Below are positions 1 through 11,038 of a stretch of DNA of 58,344 nucleotides, in pieces; position 1 is the stretch's first letter, and each line of letters begins with the position of its first letter. The translations under genes and the position numbers were made by a program. Source of the DNA: an uncultured Steroidobacteraceae bacterium (GTDB lineage Bacteria > Pseudomonadota > Gammaproteobacteria > Steroidobacterales > Steroidobacteraceae). Location: NCBI GenBank assembly GCA_964649205.1, contig CAZYPM010000001.1, forward strand, positions 1 to 58,344, written 5' to 3'. Below the pieces are notes generated by a model. The model was not told the DNA's origin, did not search any database, and was given only the letters and a program-made list of their open reading frames with translations.

Positions 1-462
1 GGAGGAGCCGCCCGGCACCTTGCTGCCGTCCCAGGGATTGCGCACCGGCCCGAAGAAGCTGGTTTCGTTCGACGAGCCCATTGCGAACTCGTCCATGTTG
101 GTCTTGCCGAGCAGCACCATGCCGGCGGCGGCCAGGCGCTCGACCACGGTCGCGTCGTAGGGCGCGACGAAGTTCGCGAGCATGCGCGAGCCGCAGGAGG
201 TGAGGACGCCGCCCGTGCAGAAGATGTCCTTGTGCGCGACCGGCACGCCGGTGAGCGGGCCGCCCCCGCCCTGCGCGATCACGGCGTCCGCGCGCTTCGC
301 GTCCGCCAGCGCCCGCTCCGCCGTCACCGTGACGAAGGCGTTCAGCGCGCCGTGCGTCTCGTGGATCCGGTCCAGGAAGAACCGCGTCACCTCGACGCTC
401 GAGAACTGGCGGGTGCGCAGCCCGCGCCCGAGCTCGGCGGCGGTCGCGTGCTGCGGGTTCAC
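1..462 (-). CDS. gatA: Glutamyl-tRNA(Gln) amidotransferase subunit A, N-terminal part only (gene continues past the left edge)
   Basis: Not in the ORF track because there is no stop in the window. My minus-strand translation from GTG 462-460 gives [46 protein letters not shown]...[36 protein letters not shown]...[27 protein letters not shown], a GatA/amidase-signature N-terminus. GTGA start/stop overlap with gatC. Confidence 0.9.
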   Translation of the reverse strand, partial: MNPQHATAAELGRGLRTRQFSSVEVTRFFLDRIHETHGALNAFVTVTAERALADAKRADAVIAQGGGGPLTGVPVAHKDIFCTGGVLTSCGSRMLANFVAPYDATVVERLAAAGMVLLGKTNMDEFAMGSSNETSFFGPVRNPWDGSKVPGGSS

Positions 463-749
463 TCGATCACCCGGGGGACCAGGTAGAGGCCGGCCTCGAC
501 CGCCGGGGCGTTGGCCTGGTAGTGGTCGCGGTGGTCTGATTCCGTGACCTGGTCGTCACGCAGGCGCTGGACCTGCCCCTCGAGCGGGTGGGCCATCGGC
601 TCGACGCCCTCGGTGGGCGCCGCCGCGAGCTGTTCGACGAAGGCGAGGATCGCCGACAGGCTCTGGACGTAGACCGGCAGCTCCGCCTCGGAGATCTCCA
701 GGCGGGCGAGGTGCGCGATGTTCTCGACGTCGCGGCGGGTCAGCGTCAC
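459..749 (-). CDS. gatC: Glutamyl-tRNA(Gln) amidotransferase subunit C
   Basis: C-terminal 96 codons of ORF 459..1958(-): [41 protein letters not shown]... GTG at 749-747. Size and sequence are typical of GatC, and it lies directly upstream of gatA. The rest of the 499-aa ORF is antisense to mreB. Confidence 0.88.
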   Translation of the reverse strand: MTLTRRDVENIAHLARLEISEAELPVYVQSLSAILAFVEQLAAAPTEGVEPMAHPLEGQVQRLRDDQVTESDHRDHYQANAPAVEAGLYLVPRVIE

Positions 750-806
750 GAGCGCCCCGATGCAGGAAAATGAGGGAAAAACTTGACGGAAATCATACAC
801 GTCGCC

Positions 807-836
807 TTGTGGAATGTCGCGCCCGCAGGCTACACT
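807..836 (+). promoter_or_regulatory. Candidate sigma70 promoter for mreB (TTGTGG - 18 nt - TACACT)
   Basis: Hexamers read by eye in the 129-nt divergent gatC/mreB spacer, about 40 nt upstream of the mreB ATG. No experimental or statistical support. Confidence 0.25.
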
Positions 837-872
837 GCCCGCCCTCGTTCCGTCGTCTTTACCGGTACTTAG

Positions 873-1919
<1,047 letters not shown>

Positions 1920-1927
1920 AGGCCACC

Positions 1928-2842
1928 TTGACCGTACACGAGCCGGATTCACGGCCATTGCTGCTCGGCGGCCCCGCCCTCGGGCTGCGCCTGATCGTGC
2001 TCGCGCTCGCCTCCGCCGGCCTGATGGTCGCTGACCATCGCCAGCACCACCTGGCGATGGTGCGCGACTGGGCCTCGGCGGCCGTGTACCCGTTCCAGTG
2101 GGCGGTGCAGGCGCCGGTGCAGGCCTGGGACGCGATGCGCGAGTCGTTCGCGACGCGCGCCCGGATCGAGGCCGACAACGTGCGCCTCGCCTCCGACAAC
2201 CTGGTGCTGCGCCTCAGGCTGATGCGCTTCGAGTCGCTCGAGCAGGAGAACCAGCGGCTGCGGGCGGCGCGGGAATCGACCGCGCGGGTCGTGGAGCGCA
2301 CGCTGATCGCCGAGATCGTGCGCGTGGACCTCGACCCGTTCCGCCAGCGCGTGCTGGTGAACAAGGGCACGCGCGACGGCGTGTTCCGCGGCCAGGCGGC
2401 GCTCGATGCCAACGGCATCTTCGGCCAGGTCACGCGCGCCGGTCCGTTGTCCGCAGAGATCATCCTGATCACCGACTCCGAGCATGCGATTCCGGTGCAG
2501 GTGAACCGCACCGGCGCGCGCACCGTCGCGTATGGCATGGGCCGCTCGGGTCTGCTCTCGCTGCCCTACCTGCCGCAGAATTCGGACGTGGTGGCCGGCG
2601 ACCTGCTGGTCAGCTCGGGGCTGGGCGGCGTCTACCCGCCGGGCTACCCGGTCGCAACCGTGAGCGAGGTCGAGCGCAATCCGGCGCAGCCGCTGCTGGC
2701 GGTCGAGGCCGTGCCGCTCGCCGCGCTCGACCGCGACCCGGAGGTGCTGCTGGCCTGGTTCGACAACGCCGTCATCGAGCCTGAATCCGGGCCCGAAGCG
2801 GAGGCGCCACCGGCGCCGGCGCCGCCGCCGGCGGGCCGCTAG
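1928..2842 (+). CDS. mreC: Rod-shape determining protein MreC
   Basis: Tail of ORF 770..2842(+). N-terminal TM segment ([21 protein letters not shown]), a coiled-coil region, then the [11 protein letters not shown]...GIFGQV...IPVQVNRTG MreC core. Pro/Ala-rich C-terminus. Start taken as TTG 1928, 9 nt after the mreB stop. ATG near 2024 is the alternative. Confidence 0.85.
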   Translation: MTVHEPDSRPLLLGGPALGLRLIVLALASAGLMVADHRQHHLAMVRDWASAAVYPFQWAVQAPVQAWDAMRESFATRARIEADNVRLASDNLVLRLRLMRFESLEQENQRLRAARESTARVVERTLIAEIVRVDLDPFRQRVLVNKGTRDGVFRGQAALDANGIFGQVTRAGPLSAEIILITDSEHAIPVQVNRTGARTVAYGMGRSGLLSLPYLPQNSDVVAGDLLVSSGLGGVYPPGYPVATVSEVERNPAQPLLAVEAVPLAALDRDPEVLLAWFDNAVIEPESGPEAEAPPAPAPPPAGR

Positions 2843-2844
2843 CC

Positions 2845-3327
2845 ATGGCACGCCCGCGCTCGAGCCTCGGCTGGGGACGCATCGTGACGGTGACGCTGGC
2901 CGCGCTGGTCCTCTCGGTGCTGCCGCTGCCCGGCTGGCTCGAGTTGCTGCGGCCGGACTTCGTCGCACTGACCGTGCTCTGGTTCACGCTGCTGTCGCCG
3001 CGCCTCACCGGCCTGTTCTACGCCTGGGGCGCCGGGCTCGCGCTCGACGCTTTCCGTGGCGTGCTGCTCGGGCAGCATGCGCTCACGCTGATCGTGATCG
3101 CCTACGTCGCCTCGAAGCTGCGTCTGCAGGTCCGGGCGTTCCCGCCGCTGCAGCAGACCGCGGTGATCCTGGCCCTGCTGTGGCTGAACGAGTTCCTGGT
3201 GTTCTGGATCGACGGCGTCGCCGGCCACCCGGTGACCGACTGGCGCCGCTGGCTGTCGGTGCCGGTCGGTGCGGCCTGCTGGCCGCTGGTCACGGGCCTG
3301 TTTGCGCGCGTCGCGGCCCGCCGGTGA
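2845..3327 (+). CDS. mreD: Rod-shape determining protein MreD
   Basis: 160-aa polytopic membrane ORF immediately after mreC (LLRPDFVALTVLWFTL...), in the conserved mreBCD position. Confidence 0.85.
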   Translation: MARPRSSLGWGRIVTVTLAALVLSVLPLPGWLELLRPDFVALTVLWFTLLSPRLTGLFYAWGAGLALDAFRGVLLGQHALTLIVIAYVASKLRLQVRAFPPLQQTAVILALLWLNEFLVFWIDGVAGHPVTDWRRWLSVPVGAACWPLVTGLFARVAARR

Positions 3328-3334
3328 CGCCCTG

Positions 3335-5212
3335 ATGCGCCGGGTCCGCATCAAGGACGACGCCCTCGAGCAGCGCATCTTCCTGCAGCGCACCGTGGTC
3401 GCCGCCGGCGTGGTCGCGGCACTGGTGCTGCTGTTGTCCGGGCGCGCGTTCTGGCTGCAGGTGCTGCAGCACGCCCACTACGTCGAGCTGTCGCAGGGCA
3501 ATCGTGCCCGCATCGAGCCGCTGCCGCCCAATCGCGGCATTCTCTACGACCGCGCCGGACGCGTGCTGGCGGAGAACACGCCGGCCTACCAGCTCGAGCT
3601 GGTGCGCGAGCGCGCCGGCGACCTCGAGCAGACGCTCGCGCGCCTCGGCCGCTTCGGACTGCTGGCGCCCGACGACGTCGCGCGCGTGCGCCAGCTGGTG
3701 CTGTCGCGACGCTCCTTCGAGGCGGTGCCCATCCTGCTGCAACTCGACGACGACGAGGTCGCGCGCTACGCCGTGCACCGCCACGAGCTGCCGGGCGTGT
3801 TCCTCGAGACACGCATGGCGCGCCACTACCCCTACGGCCCGGTCGGCGCGCACGCGCTCGGCTACGTCGGCACGATCAGCGAGGACGACCTCGCGCGCGT
3901 GGACCGCGAGCGCTACTTCGGCACCGGCGTGATCGGCAAGACCGGCATCGAGCGCGCCTACGAGGACCAGCTGCTGGGCACGGGCGGTCACCGCGAAGTG
4001 CTGGTGAACGCCGAGGGCCGGCCCGTCGAAGGCCTGACGCGTGCCGCGGGCGAGCTCAAGGAGCGCAAGCCGCTGGCGGGCCGCGACCTGCGGCTCACCA
4101 TCGACATCGAGCTGCAGCGCATCGCGGAGGAGGCCTTTGCCGGCCGCCGCGGCGGCGTCGTGGCGGTCGACCCGAACAACGGCGACGTACTGGTGTTCGC
4201 GAGCCTGCCCTCCTTCGATCCGAACGGCTTCGCCCGCGGCATCTCGCGCAGCGCCTACGTCGCGCTCACCGAGAATCCCGACCAGCCGCTCTTCAACCGG
4301 GTGCTCAGGGGGACCTATCCGCCGGGCTCGACGATCAAGCCGCTGATGGCGCTCGCCGGGCTCGAGTACGACGTGATCCGGCCGGAGGACAGCGTGTACT
4401 GCGCCGGCAGCTACTCGCTGCCCGGGTCGCGCCACCGCTATCGCGAGCCCAGGCGCGGCGGAACCCACGGGCCGGTCGACATGCACCGGGCCGTCATGAG
4501 GTCCTGCGACGTGTACTTCTACAAGCTCGCGAATACGCTCGGCATCCAGCGCATCCACGACTCGATGGCGCGCATGGGCTTCGGCCAGCCGACCGGCATC
4601 GACTTGCAGGGCGAACGCGGCGGCATCATGCCCTCGCCCGAGTGGAAGAAGGGCGCTTTCGCGCGCCGCGAGCAACAGGTCTGGTTCCCGGGCGAAACCG
4701 TCATCATCGGCATCGGCCAGGGCTACTGGACCGCGACGCTGTTGCAGCTCGTCAAGGCCACCGCCCTGCTCGCGATGCGCGGCCAACCCTACCAGCCGCG
4801 GCTGGTGCGCGCGCTCGTGGACCCGGCTACCGGCGAGGTCGAGGAGCGGAAGCCGCAGCCGCTGCCGCGCATCGAGCTCGCGCGTCCGGAGAACTGGGAG
4901 ATCATCGTCGACGCGATGGTGGCCGTGACGACCGGCGGAACCGCCACGCGCGTTGCCCGCGGCGCCAGTTACTCGATCGCCGGCAAGACCGGGACGGCCC
5001 AGGTCTTCTCGGTCGGGCAGACCGAGAAGTACGACGAGAAGGAAGTCGCGGAACGGCTGCGGGACCACGCGCTGTTCGTCGCCTTTGCGCCCGCCGAGTC
5101 GCCGAAGCTCGCGGTCGCGGTGCTGGTCGAGAACGGCGGCTTCGGCGCCTCGGCGGCCGCGCCGATCGCGCGCGCGATCTTCGACGCCTACCTGCTGCCC
5201 AAGGCCGAGTGA
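3335..5212 (+). CDS. mrdA: Penicillin-binding protein 2 (elongasome transpeptidase)
   Basis: In-frame ATG 3335 within ORF 3269..5212. MRRVRIKDDALEQRIFLQR plus a TM segment. SxxK (GSTIKP) and KTG (AGKTGTAQV) motifs. Followed by rodA. Confidence 0.93.
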   Translation: MRRVRIKDDALEQRIFLQRTVVAAGVVAALVLLLSGRAFWLQVLQHAHYVELSQGNRARIEPLPPNRGILYDRAGRVLAENTPAYQLELVRERAGDLEQTLARLGRFGLLAPDDVARVRQLVLSRRSFEAVPILLQLDDDEVARYAVHRHELPGVFLETRMARHYPYGPVGAHALGYVGTISEDDLARVDRERYFGTGVIGKTGIERAYEDQLLGTGGHREVLVNAEGRPVEGLTRAAGELKERKPLAGRDLRLTIDIELQRIAEEAFAGRRGGVVAVDPNNGDVLVFASLPSFDPNGFARGISRSAYVALTENPDQPLFNRVLRGTYPPGSTIKPLMALAGLEYDVIRPEDSVYCAGSYSLPGSRHRYREPRRGGTHGPVDMHRAVMRSCDVYFYKLANTLGIQRIHDSMARMGFGQPTGIDLQGERGGIMPSPEWKKGAFARREQQVWFPGETVIIGIGQGYWTATLLQLVKATALLAMRGQPYQPRLVRALVDPATGEVEERKPQPLPRIELARPENWEIIVDAMVAVTTGGTATRVARGASYSIAGKTGTAQVFSVGQTEKYDEKEVAERLRDHALFVAFAPAESPKLAVAVLVENGGFGASAAAPIARAIFDAYLLPKAE

Positions 5213-6342
5213 TGTACGAGGAACTCTCCGCCTCGCGCACGCGCCGCACCGTCACCGCGACGACGCGCCTGCTGCGGGCCCTGCGCCTCGACGGCATGCT
5301 GCTGGCGGCGCTGGTGACCGTCAGCGCCTTCGGCATGTTCGTGCTGTGGAGCGCCGCGGGCGACAACACCGCGCTGTGGATCAACCAGCTGGCGCGGCTC
5401 GGGCTCGGCTTTGCGGTCATGATCGCGCTGGCGCGGGTGCCCGACCATTTCTTTCGCATGCTGGCGCCGGCCGCCTACGCCGCGGGGCTCGTGCTGCTGG
5501 TCGTGGTCGCCATCGCCGGCGACGTCGGCAAGGGCGCGCAGCGCTGGCTCGACCTCGGCGTCATCCGCTTCCAGCCCTCCGAGATCCTGAAGCTCGCGGT
5601 GCCCATGATGTGCGCCTGGTACCTGTACCAGCGGCCGCTGCCGCCGTCGGCCGGCGCGGTCTCGGCCGTGCTCGCCATCATCGTGGTGCCGGTGCTGCTG
5701 ATCGCCGAGCAGCCGGACCTCGGCACGGCGCTGCTGGTCGCCGCGGCCGGGCTGATCGTGCTGGTGATGGCGGGATTGTCCTGGGCCTTCATCCTCGGGG
5801 GCGTGGCCGTGCTCGGCGCCGCGGTGCCGGTGCTGTGGCACTTCCTGCACGACTACCAGCGCCAGCGCGTGCTCACCCTGCTCGACCCGCAGAGCGACGC
5901 GCTCGGCGCCGGCTACCACATCATCCAGTCGCAGATCGCCATCGGCTCCGGCGGCGTGTTCGGCAAGGGCTGGACCAACGGCACGCAGGCCCAGCTCGAG
6001 TTCCTGCCCGAGCGTTCGACCGACTTCATCTTCGCCGTGATCGGCGAGGAACTCGGCCTGCTCGGGCTGGTGGCGCTGCTGGCGGGCTACCTCTTCATCG
6101 TGGCGCGCGGCCTGTACATGGCGACCCAGTGCCGCGACGCCTTCGCGCGCCTGCTCGCGGGCAGCATCGCGCTGACGTTCTTCGTCTACGCATTCGTGAA
6201 CGCCGGCATGGTCACGGGCCTGCTGCCGGTCGTCGGCGTGCCGCTGCCGCTCGTCAGCTACGGCGGCACGTCGTTCGTGACGCTGATGGCGGGGTTCGGT
6301 ATCCTGATGTCGCTGTACTCCAGCCGCAAACTCGTGGGTTGA
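5212..6342 (+). CDS. rodA: SEDS peptidoglycan glycosyltransferase RodA
   Basis: Tail of ORF 4642..6342. ATG 5212 shares one base with the mrdA stop (TGATG). PSEILKL, IGSGGVFGKGW, FLPERSTDFIFAVIGEELG, PLPLVSYGGTS. Confidence 0.94.
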   Translation: MYEELSASRTRRTVTATTRLLRALRLDGMLLAALVTVSAFGMFVLWSAAGDNTALWINQLARLGLGFAVMIALARVPDHFFRMLAPAAYAAGLVLLVVVAIAGDVGKGAQRWLDLGVIRFQPSEILKLAVPMMCAWYLYQRPLPPSAGAVSAVLAIIVVPVLLIAEQPDLGTALLVAAAGLIVLVMAGLSWAFILGGVAVLGAAVPVLWHFLHDYQRQRVLTLLDPQSDALGAGYHIIQSQIAIGSGGVFGKGWTNGTQAQLEFLPERSTDFIFAVIGEELGLLGLVALLAGYLFIVARGLYMATQCRDAFARLLAGSIALTFFVYAFVNAGMVTGLLPVVGVPLPLVSYGGTSFVTLMAGFGILMSLYSSRKLVG

Positions 6343-6364
6343 GGCAATCCTGATCACCTCCCGC

Positions 6365-7357
6365 ATGGCCGCGACAGGGACGCTGCGATGGTTCGCCTGC
6401 GCGCTGGCGCTCAGCGCCGCGCCGGCCCTCGCGCTCGACGGCGACCGCGAGGACGTGCGCGCCTTCGTCGCCGAGATGCGGCGCAAGCACGACTTCGACG
6501 CCGCCTGGCTCGACCGCGTCATCGCGGATGCCCAGAGCCAGCCGCGCATCATCGAGCTGATGAGCCGACCGGCCGAAGCGGTGATGCCCTGGCACCAGTA
6601 TCGCCGGCACTTCCTGACGCCGGAGCGCATCGCCGCCGGGGTCGAGTTCTGGATCGAGCACCGCGCGCGCCTGGCCGCGGCCGCCCGCGAGACCGGCGTC
6701 GCCCAGCACGTGATCGTCGGCATCCTCGGCTGCGAGACCTTTTTCGGGCGCATCACCGGCCGCTTCCGGGTGCTGGACGCGCTCGCCACGCTCGCCTTCG
6801 ACTACCCGCCGCGCAGCGCCTACTTCCGCGCCGAGCTGGAGCAGTTCCTGCTGCTGGTGCGCGAGGAGCAGGTGGACGTGTCAACCGTGCAGGGCTCCTA
6901 TGCGGGCGCCATGGGCTCCGCCCAGTTCATGCCGCGCAGTTACCGCGCCTACGCCGTGGACGGCGACGGCGACGACCGCCGCGACCTCTGGGGCAGCTGG
7001 GACGACGTCATTGCGAGCGTGGCCAACTACCTCGCGGAGCACGGCTGGCGCCGCGACGAGCCGGTGGTCGAGTCCGCCGCGCTCTGGTTCCCGCGCGCGG
7101 ACGGGCTCACGCCGGGCAGGCTCGCGCCCGATTCCACGGTGCAGGCGCTGCGCGACGCGGGGTTGCGCTTCGAGACGACGCTTCCCGGCTCGGCCCCCGC
7201 CCTGTTCGTGCGCGTGGACGGCGAGTCCGCGCCCGAGCTGCGCGCCGGCTTCCACAATTTCGGCGTGATCACGCGCTATAACCGCAGCGTGCTGTATGCG
7301 CTCGCGGTGCACGACCTGGGCCGGCGCATCGAATCGCTGCTGCCAGCGGCGCCATGA
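6365..7357 (+). CDS. mltB: Lytic murein transglycosylase B
   Basis: 330 aa with a signal peptide. VIVGILGCETFFG and GSYAGAMGSAQFMPRSY...DGDGDDRRDLW are typical of the MltB/Slt35 family. Confidence 0.88.
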   Translation: MAATGTLRWFACALALSAAPALALDGDREDVRAFVAEMRRKHDFDAAWLDRVIADAQSQPRIIELMSRPAEAVMPWHQYRRHFLTPERIAAGVEFWIEHRARLAAAARETGVAQHVIVGILGCETFFGRITGRFRVLDALATLAFDYPPRSAYFRAELEQFLLLVREEQVDVSTVQGSYAGAMGSAQFMPRSYRAYAVDGDGDDRRDLWGSWDDVIASVANYLAEHGWRRDEPVVESAALWFPRADGLTPGRLAPDSTVQALRDAGLRFETTLPGSAPALFVRVDGESAPELRAGFHNFGVITRYNRSVLYALAVHDLGRRIESLLPAAP

Positions 7358-8100
7358 CACGCGCCCTGCCCCCGCCCCTGCTGCTGTTCGCGCTCGGGGC
7401 GCTCGCGGCCTGCGGCTCGCAGCCGCTGCGCCCGGACGCCGCGGGCGCGGGCCCGCGCGACGAGCCGCGGGCGAGTCACGGCAATCCCCCGTTCTACGAG
7501 GTCGCCGGACGCCGCTACGTGGTGCTCGAGAGCGCCGCCGGCTATGTCGAGCAGGGCGTCGCATCCTGGTACGGCCCGGATTTCCACGGCAAGCGCACGG
7601 CGACCGGTGAGCGCTACGACATGCACGCGATGACCGGCGCGCACCCGACGCTGCCGCTGCCCACCTGGGTGCGCGTCACCAACCTGCAGAACGGGCGCAA
7701 CGTGGACGTGCGCCTGAACGACCGCGGACCGTTCGCGAAAAACCGCATCATCGACCTGTCGCGCGCGGCGGCCGAGCAACTCGGCATGATCGGCGACGGC
7801 ACTGCGCTGGTCGAAGTGAGGAGCCTGGCCTCCGGCGCGCCGCCGGCGCGGCCGACCGCCCCCGCCCCGCAGTTCTACGCCCAGGCCGGCGCCTTCGCCG
7901 AGCAGGACAACGCCGAGCGGCTCGCCGGTCGCCTGCGTGCGGCCGGCATCGCGGGCGTCGCGGTCGCCGAGGCGCGCGTGGACGGCCGGCGCCTGTTCCG
8001 GGTGCGCGCCGGCCCGGTCGGCAGCGTCGATGAGTTCGACCGGCTGACCGAACGCCTGCGCGCGGCCGGCGTCGATTCCCCGCGTCTGGCACTGGAATGA
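7354..8100 (+). CDS. rlpA: Septal-ring lytic transglycosylase RlpA (DPBB + SPOR domains)
   Basis: ASWYGPDFHGKRTATGERYDMHAMTGAHPTLPLPTWVRVTNLQNGR (DPBB) and a C-terminal FYAQAGAFAEQDNAERL SPOR-like repeat. ATGA overlap with mltB. Confidence 0.9.
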   Translation: MTRALPPPLLLFALGALAACGSQPLRPDAAGAGPRDEPRASHGNPPFYEVAGRRYVVLESAAGYVEQGVASWYGPDFHGKRTATGERYDMHAMTGAHPTLPLPTWVRVTNLQNGRNVDVRLNDRGPFAKNRIIDLSRAAAEQLGMIGDGTALVEVRSLASGAPPARPTAPAPQFYAQAGAFAEQDNAERLAGRLRAAGIAGVAVAEARVDGRRLFRVRAGPVGSVDEFDRLTERLRAAGVDSPRLALE

Positions 8101-8110
8101 AGAGGTGTTC

Positions 8111-9241
8111 ATGCGATTGCTGTCCGCCATCCTGCTGACCTGCCTGGCCGCCGCCGCGCGCGCCGAAACGCCGCCGGTGCCGCCGCCGCCCACGCTGCCG
8201 GCCACCGCCTGGATCCTGGTGGACCAGGACAGTGGCGCCGTGCTCGCGAGCCGCGACGCCGATTCGCGGGTCGAGCCCGCGAGCCTCACCAAGCTGATGA
8301 CGGCCTACGCCGTGTTCCATTCGCTGCAGGAGGGCAAGCTGAAGCTCGACACGCCGGTGCCCATCAGCGAGCGCGCCTGGAAGTCCGAGGGCTCGCGCAC
8401 TTTCGTGGAGGTCGGCACGCGTGTGCCGGTCGAGGTGCTGATCCAGGGCATGATCGTGCAGAGCGGCAACGACGCGACCATCGCGCTGGCTGAGGCGGTT
8501 GCGGGCACCGAGGAGACCTTCGCCTCGCTGATGAACCAGTACGCCGAGCGGCTCGGCATGCGCGCCAGCCATTTCGAGAACTCGACCGGCCTGCCCGGTC
8601 CCGAGCACCGCATGACGGTCGCGGACATCGCGCGCCTGACGCGCGCGATCATCCGCGAGTTCCCGGATTACTACCGCTGGTACTCGCAGCGCGAGTTCAC
8701 CTGGAACAAGATCACCCAGCCCAACCGCAACGGGCTGCTGGCCCGCGACCCCAGCGTGGACGGCGTCAAGACCGGGATGACCGAGGCCGCCGGCTACTGC
8801 CTGGTGTCCTCGGCCAAGCGCGACGGCATGCGCCTGGTCGCGGTCGTGATGGGCACCGACAGCATGAAGGCGCGCGAGGACGCGAGCCTGGCGCTGCTCA
8901 ACTACGGCTTCTCCTTCTTCGAAACCCGGCGCCTCAAGGCCGCGGGCGAGGCGCTTGCCGAACAGCGCATCTACAAGGCGCGCCGGGGCCGCGCCGCCGT
9001 CGGCGTCGCCGAGGACCTCTGGGTCACGCTGCCGCGCGGGCAGGCAGAGAGGGCCACGCTCTCGGTCGAGCTCGCCCCCAAGGTCTTCGCGCCGCTCTCG
9101 GTGTCGGACCGCACCGGCGTGGTGCGCGCGCTGGTGGACGGCAAGGTGGTCGCCGAGGCGCCGCTCTCGCCGCTCGCCGAGGTTCCGCGCGGCAACATCT
9201 TCCGCCGGATCTGGGACACGATCCTGTCCTGGTTCGCCTGA
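8111..9241 (+). CDS. dacA: D-alanyl-D-alanine carboxypeptidase, PBP5/6 family
   Basis: ORF 8105..9241. SxxK (ASLTKLMT), SxN (QSGND) and KTG (VKTGMT) motifs. ATG 8111 is preferred because GAGG lies 5 nt upstream. GTG 8105 is the alternative. Confidence 0.9.
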   Translation: MRLLSAILLTCLAAAARAETPPVPPPPTLPATAWILVDQDSGAVLASRDADSRVEPASLTKLMTAYAVFHSLQEGKLKLDTPVPISERAWKSEGSRTFVEVGTRVPVEVLIQGMIVQSGNDATIALAEAVAGTEETFASLMNQYAERLGMRASHFENSTGLPGPEHRMTVADIARLTRAIIREFPDYYRWYSQREFTWNKITQPNRNGLLARDPSVDGVKTGMTEAAGYCLVSSAKRDGMRLVAVVMGTDSMKAREDASLALLNYGFSFFETRRLKAAGEALAEQRIYKARRGRAAVGVAEDLWVTLPRGQAERATLSVELAPKVFAPLSVSDRTGVVRALVDGKVVAEAPLSPLAEVPRGNIFRRIWDTILSWFA

Positions 9242-9252
9242 GGAACCGGCCC

Positions 9253-10122
9253 GTGCCGCTGCCGCTGGTCTGGCTGAATGGTCGCCTGCTGCCGCTGGCG
9301 GAGGCGCACATCTCGCCGCTCGACCGCGGCTTCCTGTTCGGGGACGGCGTCTACGAAGTGTTGCCGGTCTACGGCGGGGGCGCCTACCGGCTCGACGCGC
9401 ACCTCGAGCGGCTCGACCGCAGCCTGCGCGAAATCCGCATGGCGCCGGTGCAGGACCGCGCGGGCTGGCTCGCGGCCTTCGGCAAGCTGGTGCACGGCAA
9501 TGGCGGCGGTGACCTGCTGCTCTACGTGCAGGTCACGCGCGGCGCCGAAGCCGACCGCAACCACGTGCCGCGGGCGGACACGCCGCCGACCGTCTTCGCC
9601 TGCGTCTCGCCGCTGCCGGTCCAGCCCGCGGGCATCATCGAGAATGGCACCCAGGCGGTGACCGGCGAGGACCTGCGCTGGGCGCGCTGCGACATCAAGA
9701 CGACGTCCCTGCTCGGCAACATCCTGCACCGCTGGCAGGCGGCCGACGCCGGCGCCACGGAATCGATCCTGCTGCGCGGCGGCTGGCTGACCGAGGGCAG
9801 CTCGAGCAGCGCGCACGTCGTCAAGGGCGGGCGCATCGTCACGCCGCCGCAGACGCATGCGATCCTGCCAGGCACGACCCGCGGCGTGCTGCACGAGCTG
9901 GCCGCGCGCGCGGGCATCGACGTCGAGCGGCGCCCGGTCAGCGAGGCCGAGCTGCGCGGCGCGGATGAGATCATCATCGCCTCGGCCGGCGGCGGCATCC
10001 GCGCGGTCACGCAGCTCGACGGCCGGCCGGTCGGCGATGGCCGCCCCGGTCCCGTGTTCCGGCGCATCCATGCGGACTTTCTCGCCACGCGACAGGAATT
10101 CTCGACCGCGTTGCCCGCATGA
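9253..10122 (+). CDS. dat: D-amino-acid aminotransferase (fold-type IV PLP enzyme)
   Basis: DRGFLFGDGVYEV, YVQVTRG, EDLRWARCDIKTTSLLGNIL, TEGSSSSAHVV and ILPGTTRG line up with Bacillus D-amino-acid aminotransferase as I remember it. Confidence 0.8.
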   Translation: MPLPLVWLNGRLLPLAEAHISPLDRGFLFGDGVYEVLPVYGGGAYRLDAHLERLDRSLREIRMAPVQDRAGWLAAFGKLVHGNGGGDLLLYVQVTRGAEADRNHVPRADTPPTVFACVSPLPVQPAGIIENGTQAVTGEDLRWARCDIKTTSLLGNILHRWQAADAGATESILLRGGWLTEGSSSSAHVVKGGRIVTPPQTHAILPGTTRGVLHELAARAGIDVERRPVSEAELRGADEIIIASAGGGIRAVTQLDGRPVGDGRPGPVFRRIHADFLATRQEFSTALPA

Positions 10123-10385
10123 GCGCGTCCGACGAGCTGTTCCGGTTTCCGGCCGACTTCCCGATCAAGGTCATGGGCCGGGACTCGGAATCGTTCCGGA
10201 CGCTGACCCTCGCCATCGTCGAGCGCCATGCCGGGCCGCTCGAGCCCGGGCGGATCACGGAACGCACCAGCCGCGCGGGCCGCTTCCTCGCGCTGACCTA
10301 CACGATACGCGCCGAGAGCCGCGCGCAGCTGGATGCGATCTACCGGGACCTGACGGCCAGCGGGGTCGTGCTGGTCGCGCTCTGA
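10119..10385 (+). CDS. ybeD: YbeD/DUF493 family protein
   Basis: 88 aa, [19 protein letters not shown]... Conserved position after dacA. ATGA overlap with dat. Confidence 0.85.
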   Translation: MSASDELFRFPADFPIKVMGRDSESFRTLTLAIVERHAGPLEPGRITERTSRAGRFLALTYTIRAESRAQLDAIYRDLTASGVVLVAL

Positions 10386-11038
10386 GGCGGCGCCGCGGCA
10401 TCCTGCGCGGCGAGCCAGCAGCCGTTCCACGCAATGCCGAGCGCGCCGCAGAGCTGCGGCGCGAGTGCGGCGGCCGCGGACGGCAGGTCGAGCGCCGCTC
10501 CCAGGTCCCTCAATTGCGTCATGGCGAGGCCCGCCATGCCACAGGGGTTGATGCGCGAGAACGGCTCGAGATCCATGTCCACGTTGAGCGCAAGGCCGTG
10601 GTAGCTGCAGCCGCGGCGGATGCGCAGCCCGATGCTCGCCAGCTTGCGCCCGCGCACGTAGACGCCGGGCGCGTCGCGGCGTCCCGAGGCCTCGATGCCG
10701 TGGGCCGCAGCCAGCGCGATCACCGCATTTTCGAGTGCGACGACGAGATCGCGCACGCCGATCCCGGCCCGGCGCAGGTCGACCAGCGGGTAGACCACCA
10801 GCTGCCCGGGGCCGTGATAGGTCACCTGCCCGCCACGGTCGATGCCGACCACCGGGATGTCGCCGGGCGCCAGCACGTGCTCGGCGCGGCCATTCAGTCC
10901 CTGGGTGAAGACGCGGTCGTGCTCCAGGAACCAGACCTCGTCGGGCGTCGCCGCGCCGCGCGCGTCGGTGAAGGACTGCATCGCGCGCCAGGTCGGCTCG
11001 TAGCCGGCGCGGCCGAGCCAGCGCAACAGCGCGCTCAT
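10340..11038 (-). CDS. lipB: Octanoyltransferase LipB
   Basis: Tail of ORF 10340..11254(-) from ATG 11038. [17 protein letters not shown] and [22 protein letters not shown]. The 3' end overlaps the convergent ybeD by 46 nt. Confidence 0.9.
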   Translation of the reverse strand: MSALLRWLGRAGYEPTWRAMQSFTDARGAATPDEVWFLEHDRVFTQGLNGRAEHVLAPGDIPVVGIDRGGQVTYHGPGQLVVYPLVDLRRAGIGVRDLVVALENAVIALAAAHGIEASGRRDAPGVYVRGRKLASIGLRIRRGCSYHGLALNVDMDLEPFSRINPCGMAGLAMTQLRDLGAALDLPSAAAALAPQLCGALGIAWNGCWLAAQDAAAPPQSATSTTPLAVRSR

